Below are positions 40,701 through 53,568 of a stretch of 64,000 bases of DNA, piece after piece (position 1 is the first letter of the stretch; every line of letters begins with the position of its first letter). This DNA is from Lama glama (lineage: Eukaryota). Both the position numbers and the translations under genes were made by a program. The stretch spans positions 96,164,001 to 96,228,000 of the forward strand of contig CM052817.1 of the NCBI GenBank assembly GCA_028534125.1. Reading direction: 5' to 3'. The notes under the pieces were generated by a model. It did not search any database. It was not told the origin of the DNA and saw only the letters and a program-made list of their open reading frames with translations.

Positions 40701-43320
40701 GAACTCTCTGGGCTTTCTGGACCTGGATGTCTTTTTTCTTCCCCAGGTTAGGTAAGCTTTCAGTTGTTATTTCTTCCAATAAGCTTTTCGCCCCTTTCTT
40801 TCTCTCTTTTCCTTTTGGGACCCCAATAATGTGAATGTGATTCCACTTGATGTTGTCCCACAGGTCTTAAGTTATCTTCACTTTTTAAAGTTCTTTTTTC
40901 TTTTTGCTGCTGTATTTGGGTGAGTTCCACTGCCCTATCTTCCAGGTCACTGATTTGTTCTTCTACTTCATCTAATCTGCTATCGAATGCCTCTAGTGTA
41001 TTTTTCAGTTCAGTTATTGTATTCTTCTACTCTGTGACTTCTATTTGGTACTTTCTTATATTTCCTGTCTTTTTGTTGACATTCTCACTGTGTTCATCTA
41101 TTCTTCTCCTGAGTTTGGTGAGCATCTTTTATGATCATTACTTTGAACTCTTTCTCAGGTAGATTACTTATCTCTGTTTCATTAAGAGCTTTTTCTGAGG
41201 TTTTGTCCTGTTCTTTGGTTTGGAACATATGTCTCTGTTTTCTCAGAATCCCTATGTCTACGTATTAGGTGAAACAGCTGTCTCTTCTAGTCTTGAAGAA
41301 GTGGCCTTGTGTAGGAGATGAATTTTATCATCTATTCTTGGCCTAGCTCTTGTCTTCATGATTGCTTTAGGAGCCTGATTTATTCTTGATAGGTCCCAGT
41401 TGTTGAGGGTGTGCCAAGACCTTTCAGTGTTCCAAAGGGAGTGATCTTGGTCAACACCAGGATCAGGCTTATTGGAATCAAGTTCTTAGATAGCAGATTT
41501 AAAGTACACAGTCCTGTGTACTTTATACAATCCTGGGATTGGAATTGCAGACCCTGCTGACCCTTAGACCAGAAGATCTGGAGGTGTTCTCAGGGCAATA
41601 GTTGCAAGAAACCGGACTTCATATGAATGCTGAGGCTCATTTCTGACAGGTAACAGCAAGCTGTGGTGAGGCCAAGGGAAGACACATAGATGGTACACCT
41701 GTGTAGCATTTAGATATGTGGCAAATCTGAAGCCTGTCCCTTAGGTTGAAGTTCGACAACAATTAAATAGGCCTTTTTCACTTGCAGAGTGGTGGTGTGT
41801 TTCAGTCTGCTGTCTGTGGAGTTTCCTAGATGTGGTATCTTGCCCAGAACTCTGTCTTTCCAATTATTACAGTTCTTGTGGGACCAAGGAACACAAACCA
41901 CTCTGTCCATCAGAGTCAGACAATCAAGAGGCGTCCTGCATGTGCCCTGTGCTGGTTTTCCAGCTTTATTGAGGCTGTGGGAGAGTAGTGGATTGGGGCA
42001 TGCCCTGGATTTAGTGATGCCAGAGAATGCTAATGGTGAAGCACATCCGTGGCTTTAGTGAGTTTGAGGGTGAGTACTGGGGATGTAGCATGCCCTCAGC
42101 TTTATTGAGGTTATGTTCCCACATGCCCACCTGTGATAGCAAAGTAAAGGGAGAGTGTAAAAAATAGTGCTCTATGACACCTCTGTCCCTGAGGAAAATT
42201 CCAACTAATCCCTGCCCCTCCTGCAGACTCTTTAAGATTAGAACTGAATCTCCTTCACATATATTTCAGTCACCTCTCAGATTGTTGCCTTTGTCTTGGC
42301 TCCTGGGATAAGTAAGACTGCACGTTAGCCTCTCAACAGGAATCTGATCCCCACAGTCCTTCAGGTCTCCTAGATGTAAACCCTGTTTGCTACCAAAGCC
42401 AGATGTTGTTTTCCTTTTTCTTTCTTGCTTGCTTTCTTTTAATTCAAGTATAATCAATTTACAGTGTTGTGTTAATTTCTGGTACACAACATAGTGATTT
42501 ATTTACACATACATACTTTTTTTATTATAGACATTATAAGGTATTGAATAAAGTTCCCTGTGCTAAACAGTAGGACCTTGTTGTTTATTTATTTTATATA
42601 CAGTAGTTTGTATCTACAAATCCTGAAATCCCAACTTATCCCTGCTCACTCCCTTCCCCCCTGGTAATTATAAGTTTGTTTTCTGTGTCTGTGAGTCTGT
42701 CTCTGTTTTGTAAATAAGTTTATTTGTGTCCTTTTTTTTTTATGGTCCCACATATAAGTGATATCATCTGGTATTTTTCTTTTTCTTTCTGGTTTACTTC
42801 ACTTAGTATGAAGATCTCCAGATCCATCCATGTTGCTGAAAATGGCATTATTTTACTCTTTTTTATAGCTGAGTAGTATTCCATTGCATGAATATACCAC
42901 ATCTTCTTTATCCAGTCATCTATCAATGGACATTTAGGTTGCTTCCATGTCTTGAATATAGTAAATAGTGCTCAAAGCCAGATGTCTTAAGGGCCTTGTT
43001 TCTCTGGTTCAGGTTCCAAGAGTTGAGATACCTAATACGAACACAAACCCCTTGTGCCTCAGGGAGAGAGGCTGTGGGCCCGTGAGATCCCTTAGTATTG
43101 TGTGTTGCTGCACCAGGAATAAGGTTTTGGCAAGACCATGTCTCTGCTTCTCCTACCTGTCTCAATGTGTCTTTCTATCCCTTATTGTGGAGGAGGCTGT
43201 GAAACTAGTTTTTAGTTCTTTTTAGCAGGAGTTATCCCATAGACAGCTGCATGTTTGGTGTGTCCTTGGGAGGAGATAAGTTTAGGATTTTTCTGTGCTG
43301 CTATCTTGGACCATTCCCCT
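37750..43320 (-). mobile_element. Large decayed L1 retaining 5'UTR, ORF1 and the 5' part of ORF2; 3' end missing
   Basis: Antisense RT region at ~37760-38400; endonuclease region ~39200-39890 (acatttacatttaaagtaatt = ITLNVN antisense); ORF1 ~40500-41230; GC-richer 5'UTR to ~43320. Confidence 0.9.
42407..42972 (-). mobile_element. Younger L1 3' end nested in the L1 5'UTR, 13-bp TSD
   Basis: Perfect TSD caaagccagatgt at 42394-42406 and 42973-42985; ORF 42720..42926(-) WIKKMWYIHAMEYYSAIKK is the L1 ORF2 C-terminus. Confidence 0.92.
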
Positions 43321-43519
43321 AAGACTCATTTCCATCTCTAAGCTTTCTAAAGACTTGTGACATAGATTGAATAATTAACTCAGTAGCTAGAATTAGTTTT
43401 CAAATTCTCTTGTTTTCCCAATCTTCTGTTTAGATGGCAGAGGGTCAACTTTTTAGATAACTTAATTTTACTCCACTAGGTGTCAAAACTAAAAAAATAT
43501 TAAATAGTAAAGTTGTTGC

Positions 43520-43710
43520 AGGCAGAACAGTAAAATGGAAAGAATGTAAGGTGTGTTTTGTGGATATGCATTCAGGTTCTGATCCTGCCACTTCCTCTGT
43601 TTGCTCTGGGGTAGGACAGTTCACTTCGCATAAACATAAGTTTATTCATCTGTAAAATAAAGACTGAACTAGAAATCTGGGACTCTTACATCACTAAAAT
43701 TCTACAAAAC
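43520..43710 (+). mobile_element. MIR/MIR3 SINE
   Basis: ggttctgatcctgccacttcc...agtttattcatctgtaaaataaag...ctaaaattcta. Confidence 0.55.
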
Positions 43711-46700
43711 AAAATTTCCTAGGATTCCCCTGCATGTTTAAATAAACTAAAAATGAGTGTAATTTAATCTTTTCTTGGTGGCTAAGGGCCATGAATGAAA
43801 AAAATGATTATGTAATATAGTAAAAGATCATTGAGTTTGTAAGGTCTCTTTGCTCCCACATACAATGGCCCTAGACTACTGAGTGCTTGTATGAATGTTC
43901 TTTTATGCATGTGTGTGTGTGTTTGTGAACTTTCTTTTTATTTTCAGCTAATGTTTATTGATGTTGTCACTATACCTGTTTATAACATGCTGCCTTGTTT
44001 TTAATATACTTATTAAAGGGTAAATATACTCTTTTGTAAAGTAGGTTGTAATTGCTTCAACACAGCAACAACAAAGTAAATGTTTGGGCTGTTGAAATCA
44101 TCAAAGTTTGACTGATCGATAAATGAGGTATTTATATACTCTAATAGTAAATCCATTCTCTTTTGCTCCGTTCTCTGAGAAGATGGAGGACGGTTGTCAA
44201 GTATCCTTTCCTTAATGACACCTACTTGAAGATAGTTATTAGGTCATTAGGGAATCTTCTCTCTCCACAGTCTAAACTAGTCTCAACCTTAACTCATGTC
44301 ACGTTTTCCCAATGGTTAAACTTCATTATAATTTTGTGAATCCCTTTCAGTGCTTTCACATGCCTGTCTGGTTTCAAAACTAAAACTGAATCCTGATAAT
44401 GAAAGACTTGCTGTTTCTGTTAGCATTTCTGTTAATAAATCTCGAAGTGATGTTAACACTTTTGGTGTTATTTCCATTTTTCTAATGAAATCTATGACTA
44501 CACACAACCATGAACATTCATGCATGCATGCACGCGCACACACACACTTCCATTTGAAATAGTAAACTTGGGTTGGCTGAGGAGACCAGAAGAATTTTCC
44601 TGTGAGTTACTAATAAGGCTTGATATCAGTAGTTAAAATGTTTCTGAGAAATAAAACTGATGAATAGGGCTGTGTTTTGGAATCAAGTCACAATTTTAAA
44701 GCAAGAATATTCCCTCTTCCTATTCCTCTCCCTGCAGCGTGCCATCTTTGGTAGTCTACTTCTAAATGTGTTGTGAGTATGAGTGGTTGGTATCAAATGT
44801 CTGGCACTGCCAGTCAATACTTTGAGCAGTAATCAAGCTTGTGTTCGAAATATCTTCTTTAAAAATAACACAGTTGAGTCAACATGCAAAGCTTAACCCA
44901 TTCTACTAACACTCAATACAAAGATAATTTGGATCTCATCTCATTTGTTTATGCACACAAATGAAACCATAGCACCATGCTCTGCTCTTGGACCAGCACA
45001 ATTTTCAATAAATTCTCCCCACTGAAAGTCCTACTCTGAAATTACAAGGCAGTCTTGTATCACCACCTTCAGTACAATGACTTTAAATATCAGTTTCTGA
45101 AATTCTATTTGTTCTTAGTTATTTTGACGTAGCGTAGAGGAACAGCCTTTCTTTTCTATTATCTGCTGCTCCAACATCCATAAGTATCTGGCTAACACTG
45201 TGATCAATGTCTCAGAAATACTGTGTAGGGGCTGAATATTGGTTAGAAAACTATAAAATCTGGAAGCTGATATTTAGGTTCAAGAAAAATGTTTTATAAA
45301 TGTTATAGAACTGAAACAAGGACAAATAACATTTATATATATTTTTCATGTAAATATTATTTAAGATAGAATCTGTTTCTGAGAGTCACTAAACTCACCT
45401 GCAAAAGAAAGATGGGAAATTGTTCAAAATAATATGAAGGTAATGGTACCCAAATATTATCCTATTTCATTAGGATAAATTTCCAGTAGTTTATTAAAGT
45501 TGTTGAGATAAATTCCTGTAAGTTTAAAATGAGACCAATGAAAAAATTCTATTAAAATCCTGCTCAAACATAATGCAATATAATTTTATATATACCTAGT
45601 GTGCTTCCCATACATCATCTTGTAAATTTTGTGTGTGTGTGTGTAAAGGATCGAAATGGAGGTAGTGACAGTGAATTTATTAAGCCAAATATTTGAGTTG
45701 TTCTCCCCAAAGGGGGAAAATTGATTTACAAGATTGTTTGTTATAAAGGCTCAGATAAGTCTACCATGATTTGGTTTTCTCTTATGTTTCTCAATTTGAC
45801 AGCTGTCAGTTTACAGATATGATTACTTTATCTAAGCATCACAAACATTGCATTAGTATCTTCAAAAAATATACTGTGAAAGCTGCAGTTTCAGTGTCCC
45901 AAATCAATTACTGCATTCTTAAACTTGCAGTGTATTCATTTGTGGGCACTGAGGCAGCCAGTGGGAGGGTATTGATTGGAGTATAATGTCATGTGTAGCA
46001 GGAGAGAAAGATGAAAAGTCTTTTCTGCTTAATGGGTTGGTATTAAGTAGGTGGGAATGGCTTCTAATTAGCCAACAATTGCTGTGTTTCCCAGTTTCCC
46101 TCCTTTCCCTCCTCCTGCCGGTCACCAGCTGCCAATCTGCCCCCATTTTTTTTTTCATTTGGAGTTCATTGCTCACTGCAGTGAAAGCCTTTGTTTAAGA
46201 AAGAGGGCTCCCAGGGTCTCAGCTGCCTGGGTGCAGCTTGCTGCGTACGATGAGTAGCAACTGTCAGTTTATTTTATCTCAACCTTTTCATCATTCTGCT
46301 GAAACTGATCGACTGAAACCACCTGAGAGAACTGAGGATTCCGTACCTACAAAAGTCATTAGCTAGGACTGCAACCTCTCACCACCGAGCAAGTCAACTG
46401 CACACTTCCTGAAATGCAGTCCACTTTAACCCCATGTTTCCCCACGAACACATAAGAATTCTGTCCTTTTTTGTTTTTGAAGCTGAGTCAATGGGAGAGG
46501 ATTCCTCTGATGCACAGCATGTAAGTCAGGACATTTTGCTGTGGCTAAGGTATGAAGATAAAGTCCCCGTGATGGGCTTTGCCATGGTGATACCACCAAT
46601 ACGGGAGACACTGTTCCATCCACAGCAAAAGTGAATGTGAAATTGGAAGACATTTTACAGAGTGACTTTATAACACCAGGTCTCAAGCCCCATTCTTTAC

Positions 46701-47419
46701 CAACATCAAATGTGTCAGATTGAAGCCTGATTTTGCGTGCGTGTGATCCCTATGACAGCTGCTTGGCGGGTTTCCCCTTTCATTCTAGAAGCCAGTAAAG
46801 ACAGATTTTCCCTATACTTCAATGATACTTTGAAAACCTTTTTCTAGAGAAACCATCTAACCTGTTGTATCCAGAATGCATCAAAACAGAATGACATGAT
46901 GAGAAAATTCCTACCCACACCCGTGCCACAGTGGAGGATAATGTTTAGTAAAAATCAATGACGTGCAAACCTATTGAAAAATGATGCTCTCATATGCCAT
47001 TTAGAACTGTGCACTGTGAATAGGTGATACTTAGCCATGTTTCAACCTGGGTTGGATGGGTAGGGAGGCTTCCTGGGGAAGTGAAATTTTAAAAACATTT
47101 AGAAGGAAAAAAGAAAGGTAACTGAGCAGAGAAAAAGACGATTATTTCTTATAAATGATGTGAAGTAACAAATAAGAGTTCGAATTAGGAAGGAAGAGTT
47201 CAAGGACTTTGATTTGATTTTAAAATAGATGTCTAAAGGAGGCAAAAGGAAGAGATGGGCTGGTTTAAAGTGCTTTCCATTTTTCATATGTGAATTTACA
47301 ATATTGCTAAGAAATGTTATCTGAAGACCCACTAAATAGGTTTACACATTAGTGAAATATCACGTACTCATGAGGAAAAGCTAACCCTGCATTACTACCT
47401 TAAAATACAAAAAAATTTA

Positions 47420-47620
47420 AGAGCAGTTCTCACACCTGAGAATCACCTGGAGAGCTTGCTGAAAGCAAATTCCCAAGTCCCTTCACTAGAGATTCCAGTT
47501 CTATAAGTCTGTGGTAAGGTCCTGGCATAAGCATTTATAACAACCCCTCCCACCACCACCACTAATCAGGTAATTTTTGACGCAAGTGGTCCTTGAGTTG
47601 CACCCTTGAGAAATAGCCTA
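47420..47620. mobile_element. MER5-family DNA transposon
   Basis: gcagttctca...gagaatcacctggagagcttg...tgagaaatagc. Confidence 0.7.
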
Positions 47621-47784
47621 AGGCTCATTGTGAAGTTTAAGTTTATACAAGGTATCTTCAAATACTTCTATCAAGATAGAAAATGCAACAGAATTTCTTC
47701 AATCACAATGAACAATTCTAACATCAATGTCATTTTTCCCTCAAGAATCTTCTACTTATAATTATTTAAAAGAATTGTTAAAAT

Positions 47785-47925
47785 GGGGGGGTGTATAGCT
47801 TAAGTGGTAGAGTGCATGCTTAGCATGCATGAGGTCCTGGATTCAATCCCCAGTACCTCCTCTAAATATAAATAAATAAATAAACCTAATTACCTCCCCC
47901 TCATAAAAACAAACCAAAAAAATCA
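47785..47925 (+). mobile_element. Vic-1-type SINE
   Basis: ggggtgtatagcttaagtggtagagtgcatgcttagcatgcatgaggtcctggattcaatccccagtacctcc, plus tail. Confidence 0.9.
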
Positions 47926-47934
47926 CTAAAAACG

Positions 47935-48083
47935 AAGTAGATGAGACTACACTAGAAAAATACCAGAGTGCATCACATGTAGTAAGTACAGTTTTGTCAA
48001 ACTCTTGATTCAGTTGTGAATTCTACATCGCAAGGTAAACTGTATTTCTCACTGTAAGTAAGTTTTCGTCAAACAGCCACTGC
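47935..48083. mobile_element. hAT-Charlie DNA transposon fragment (MER119-like)
   Basis: aaaataccagagtgcatcacatgtagtaag...tgtatttctcactg...agccactg. Confidence 0.5.
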
Positions 48084-48084
48084 T

Positions 48085-48490
48085 TTACCCTACTCTTCAC
48101 TCAGCAGCCAAAGTGATCTTTCCGAAAAGTCAACCAGAGTCCTATTCTCAGAACTCGATGACAGATTTTCATCACGAATGGAATAAAATCCAAAGTCATC
48201 ACTATGGTCTGAAAGGTTTAAATTAAACAGGAACCTCAATTCTTCCCGTTCTCCTACTCATTCAATTTGTTCCCACTATATTGTTCTTGTTGTTAGCCAA
48301 GCAAGCCTGGCTTTACCTGGATGTCCTCTCCCCACCCTCCTAGTCACACAGCTTGAGTCACCATTTCAGATCAGGATCCTCTGCAAACCATGCCTCTTTC
48401 TGAATCTTCTATTTAAAATAGCCCTCCCCATACCCAACCACATTCTGTCCTCTTATTCCACTTTATTTTTCCTTCATAGCACTCAGCTAT
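48085..48490 (+). mobile_element. L2 fragment
   Basis: ctcttcactcagcagccaaagtgatcttt...gaataaaatccaaagtc...tttatttttccttcatagcact. Confidence 0.7.
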
Positions 48491-48491
48491 T

Positions 48492-48790
48492 TCTGGTGGT
48501 TCCCTCCCAGCATCTAAACCTCTGTTTCCATGCTTAAGAAATTCTCTAACTTACAAACTTAAGTGAAAAATTGGGACTTGTTCTCACTCTGGTAATTGGA
48601 AAGCTGTGGGAAGATACTCACTTTCCCAGCTTCCCTTGCAACTGAGCAGAGTTGTGTAAGCCAGTCTCCACCAATCAGCTGCACACATGCCAAACTTTGC
48701 ATCAGGACCTGTGACTTGTTAAGGACTGTGCAGAATCCAGCCAGGCAAGGCATGGCAGCAGGCAGGATTCTATATTGTACAGCTTCCTTA
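48492..48790. mobile_element. ERVL LTR fragment (LTR33-like)
   Basis: tactcactttcccagcttcccttgcaact...ccaccaatcagctgcac. Confidence 0.55.
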
Positions 48791-49696
48791 ATATGCTCAT
48801 GACAAGAAATTAACCTCCCAATGTGTGTGTGCTTGTTAATTTCCTTTTCTGAATTTTTTTTTTTTTGCTGTTATATAAACTCGCCTTAGTATCTGCAAAT
48901 CTGGAAGATTTGCCATATACATGTTTATTTGTACAGCAGAGAAGTTAGTTCTTTTGTACCCCCTGTTATCAAGCTTGTATAAATATTTATGTAGATCTAA
49001 AAATAGTTATTGAATTACACACTTTCAATTGGATCCATTTATGAATAGAGATTGTTTTAATTATAGGTATTTAAAATTTGCTTTAATTTTAGTCTATGGC
49101 TTAATCTTTCTTTGTTTCCCTTTAAATTGCTGTGCTAAAAAGAGTCAATAAGACTCCTAAAGAGAAAGCAATAGATTGGTTTTGATCTACGTATCTTTTA
49201 CAAATTCTATTTTTCCTGGCATGTACTGAGCCAGCTACCAGTAGAAAGCCGTTATTTTTTTTAAAAGGAAAATCCTATGTTAGATATAAAAAGTGACAGT
49301 ATTATGCATAATTATCTATGCAATTACACTTGCATATGCTTGAAAATTTTTAGCCAGGAAATGCTTAATAACATTTGCATGGTTAAATGAGACAGCAGAA
49401 ACAACTGGAAAGGCCTCAGGGCATGGTCATCTATTTAAGCATCCACTTGGATTTTCAACATAATTAGTCATATAATTGTGTCTAAACTTAGTAGATTCAT
49501 GTAAGTAATTATAAATTATTAAAAAGGCTCTGCATGCATTGTTTTGTTCCCTGTTTCCTGCCAATCAAATTATGAAGGAATATACTCTATTGACATTTCA
49601 TCATATACATCTCCAAATAAGATTACAATGTAAAGCCCTGGAAGAAAGTGAGTGTGCAAGTGAATTCACTCAATTGAGAATACTCTGTCTCTCTCA

Positions 49697-49730
49697 CAGA
49701 CAGACAGATAGATAGATAGATAGATAGATT
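49697..49730 (+). repeat. (CAGA)n(TAGA)n microsatellite
   Basis: cagacagacagatagatagatagatagatagat. Confidence 0.9.
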
Positions 49731-52700
49731 ATAAATATGTATATATTTTTATTTGAACATCAATATTTTAGGGAGTATTCCTATGATAAAATCATATTAT
49801 CATTTTGTTCATTGGTCCCTACTAAGATTTTTATGAAAAAATATTGTTTCTTTTGCTGATGTTGTATTCAATACAATGAATTTTAAATTTTTATTAATTT
49901 AGTTTTCAATTTTAATTAATAACCTGAAGGGGGCACATAATAGCTTCCTCCTAAATTTATAGTAGATTTTCTCCTTTTCATAATCCCATTAGTGGGTGGT
50001 GATGAAAACTTGGGCCAAACAAACCTGAATAGTAAAAATATTAACCCCAAAATTTTATGATGGTCATTTTGACCCAGATTCTCCTGGTTTTTCTCATTAA
50101 TCTTCTTGATTATTGATTTGAAACTTCATTTTATTTCATATTTCTTCACTGTTATTTTAATATCCAAGTTAACAATATGTGGAGACTTGAGGAAAAGTAT
50201 GTATCTTTTCCCAGGAGCATACATGATGAGCAAAACTAGAAGATCTTTGAAGGTGTTAAGCTAAACTTCCTTTAATAAGAGTGCAAAATATACTTTACTA
50301 GCTGCTGATACAGTGAACTGTATAGTCTTTATTCAGAGAAATCAGACTTGTCTCACTAAACGCTAAAATTAACTGTTTTTTTTTTTTCTCATTTGGGTGC
50401 CTGATTCCATGTCAGAAGTCAATAAATGCATTCCTTTAGAGGCCAGCACCTAAGTGAGCTAACTTTCATTTTCCCTATTGGTTTGACAAAGTCCTACTTT
50501 GTTTATATTTAGGGCATGACAAAAGAACATCTATTTAGCTCAGATTTTGGATTGAAGATTTAGAAGGCAATGAAAAGATGAAAAAAAAAAACCCCAAGTA
50601 TGTTATTGGGTTAAAAGAGTTATGGGTAATAAATATTGCACTTAATAGTTATTTTCTTTTTTGCTACAGTAGTTCAGATGATTCAGAAAGTATATGTATT
50701 CAGGTGCATTTGTAGTGTTTTTGAGGATTCACTTCAGGATGGTCAAGACACCAGTCAGGATAAACTGGCATTAAAATTAAGAAATATGCTAGCATTTCAT
50801 CTGATTAGACTCTTGGTCAATATGTCCCATACTGAGCACATTGTACCTATCCCCGAGAGGCAGGTATCATCCATGAGAAGTGAAATATATATCCAGGGAT
50901 TGTTCGTCAAGTCCATCATCATAATAAGGCATTATAAATGATTTCTAATTTCTAAAAGAATATTCATCATGAAGATTATTTATTTTTCTATTAATTATGC
51001 TAAAGAACCTAGATTATAGAAACGTTCAGTCATGTCTAGAAGTTAAAAATACAGAGAGGACAGAGTAAAAGAATTTAAAGAAAAGTATATTTTCGGACTG
51101 GGGAATATCATTTTTGACTGATGTTGTGATCCAAAAAAAATTCGTAATAATGAAAATAGCAAGGTGAAAGGTGAATAGAACTAAACACTCCCACACAATG
51201 CCCCAATCAAGGGAAACTTTTGAAAAAAAATAGAATCCTGCAAAATCTGAGCCTTCCATGTGTTCATGTTTTAAATGTTACTGTTAACTTCTTTTTCAGA
51301 AGAAGTCATATGGAATTGTCCCAATAGAGCCTGACCAAAGAAGGATTAAATGCACTTAGAAGAGAGTCTTTTTGCCTCTCAATTCTAGCAATGGTAGAAA
51401 GTGTTGAGCTAAATGGACACAGTATTTGGGACCCATTCCACAAGTAAAGGGACACAGACTGAAGCAGAGGTAAGACCCCTCTCTGGGAATCAGACAAACA
51501 CAAAAACGGGGGACAATAGGATCCTCCTAGAATGTCAAACCCTCCCCTCCCACGGATACAGCTCCAGCCTTTACTCTGGTTTTACTCTGGTCTAACCAAC
51601 CAACCAACCAACTTTTCATAAGCTTTTCAAACTAGCAATTAAAGACAAAATTGTAATACAACAAGATTAGAGAAACCCAGCTACATTTTTCTTAGGAGTA
51701 GTGAGTTCAGTGTACATTGGAAAGTTAAAACTGGTCACACCATCAGCTACCACGAACTGTGAGCAGAATCTAAAAGAAGTATAGTTTTTGTCTGAGCAAT
51801 CAAGAATTCTCTTTTATTGAACCAAGGCAGCAGATAGAGAAGGAGGCTCTCAGAGGGGGAAAAAAAAGAAAAAGAAAAGAAAAAAAAAAGATCTTTCAAC
51901 CCGAGGGATCTAGAGCTACATTATTATTTCCCAATGAAGTGAGCATTAGTTTTCTGAAGAAATACTTGGCTCCTAGGGAAGCAAACTTGTCACTTACAGA
52001 AAATATATAAAGATGGGGAAACTGTATTTGAATGAGGAGATTTAAAATTAAGGCTCAAGTTCTGTGATCTTTTTTATTTAAAATTTTGGCTATAATTAAG
52101 TATTGATTTGTCTTTTTTTTCAGCATATTTCATCTTTGGAATTATTTTATTTTCTTATCGGTTACAGAAGCCATTGAATTCTCTAAGCTCTTTCTTGAAA
52201 TTTATGAGAAGCACATTTTGTTAATCTATCATGATTTAAATGAGATTAGCAGAAAAGATGCAGAAAAAATGTTCTTAAGTTTTTTTTTTTGACATAAGAG
52301 TATATAAAGAATACATTTTAATGTTTTATTCCCCATTTGTCTTATCAAACTTGTTTTCTGTGACTGGGAATGGAAGTGAGACACAAAGAATTTTAAAGGA
52401 TCTCTGCCCCTAAAAAATTACAGGCAGACCTACAACCTATGAACACATAATTCATAAATTGTCACACAGAGAAACGGCTATCCCAGCTCTCCCACTGGAG
52501 TTCCCATCGCTGCTAACTAGGGAGCCGCCACGAAGAATCCCGAAGCTGGTGGAGTCAGGGCTGGCTAAATTAAGCAGTGGTAACAAACAACTGTGAAACT
52601 CTCAGTGGGGTTCACCACAATAAAGGATTATTCTGTGTTCACACAAAGTCTGCTGCAGATATGAATGGCTTTCCAGGACAAATATTCTACCTGTAGCGAC

Positions 52701-53568
52701 GCAGTGATCTGGGCTGCTTCAATCTTGTGGCTCTGTGATTTTTAAAAAGGCTTCTCCGTGATCACTGCAGTAGGGAGAGAATCAACTGCACTACCTCAGA
52801 TGGGCTCTGCTTTGCTTTCGCCTGGAAGTAACTTTTGCCCATTGGCCAGAACCAGTCATAGAGCCCTGCCTCGTTGCCAACGGCTGAGAAATGCCCTCTG
52901 CCATGTGCCCAGGAGAGTACAGAATAAGACACTGGCAAGCACTTGTCGAAACTACTCCATTCAGCAGTGGTTACTGAACCTTCTGAAAATTACATGTAGT
53001 AATTTTATGTTTTTCAGGAAAGGAGAGAGAATTAACTTTCATCAGATTCCTTAAGGGGTGAGTGACTTGTCATTTAAAAAATTCTAATAAGCATTTTTTT
53101 TTTAAGCCATGGATTTATATATGAGGAAAGGAAAGCTTTGAAATTCAGACTAGGTTAGAGAAGTTGAATTTAGGGCAAATTCCAAGACTTTGGAAGACCA
53201 GTCCACATATTGGCCTCAGTTATTCATAATTAGCTTGCCCCACCCTACCTGAGTGATTCAATTACATGATATATTACAATTCTGACAAAAGGTAATCTTC
53301 CAACATTTAAAAAATCCTAGTTGCTCTGAATAGGTTAAAGCACTTTCAGTTTTTCATAGTAAGTTGTGAATCAATTCAATCAGATTGATTTCTTCCTGAC
53401 AATATTCACAACTTTGATCCTCTGAAAAATAGGTGTCCTAATTAGGAAAGACATTAATTTGGGTGGAGGGGTAAATAAATTTAGAACACGGGGCATTTTT
53501 AAAATTCAGAAAGGTCAGATTCTGAGATATTGTCTAGTGCTTGGAAACTGAATTTAATAAAAAGTAGG

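Noticed and set aside
44519..44548. Alternating purine-pyrimidine tract (catgcatgcatgcacgcgcacacacacac), potential Z-DNA
   Set aside because: Ordinary short microsatellite-like tract with no supporting context
47785..47860. tRNA-Ala(AGC)-like sequences (also at 2653, 13180, 13430 and 14150)
   Set aside because: Each continues into the shared SINE tail (A-rich; aacctaattacctcc-type in the four better-preserved copies), has mismatched stems, and one has a perfect TSD. These are SINE heads, not tRNA genes.
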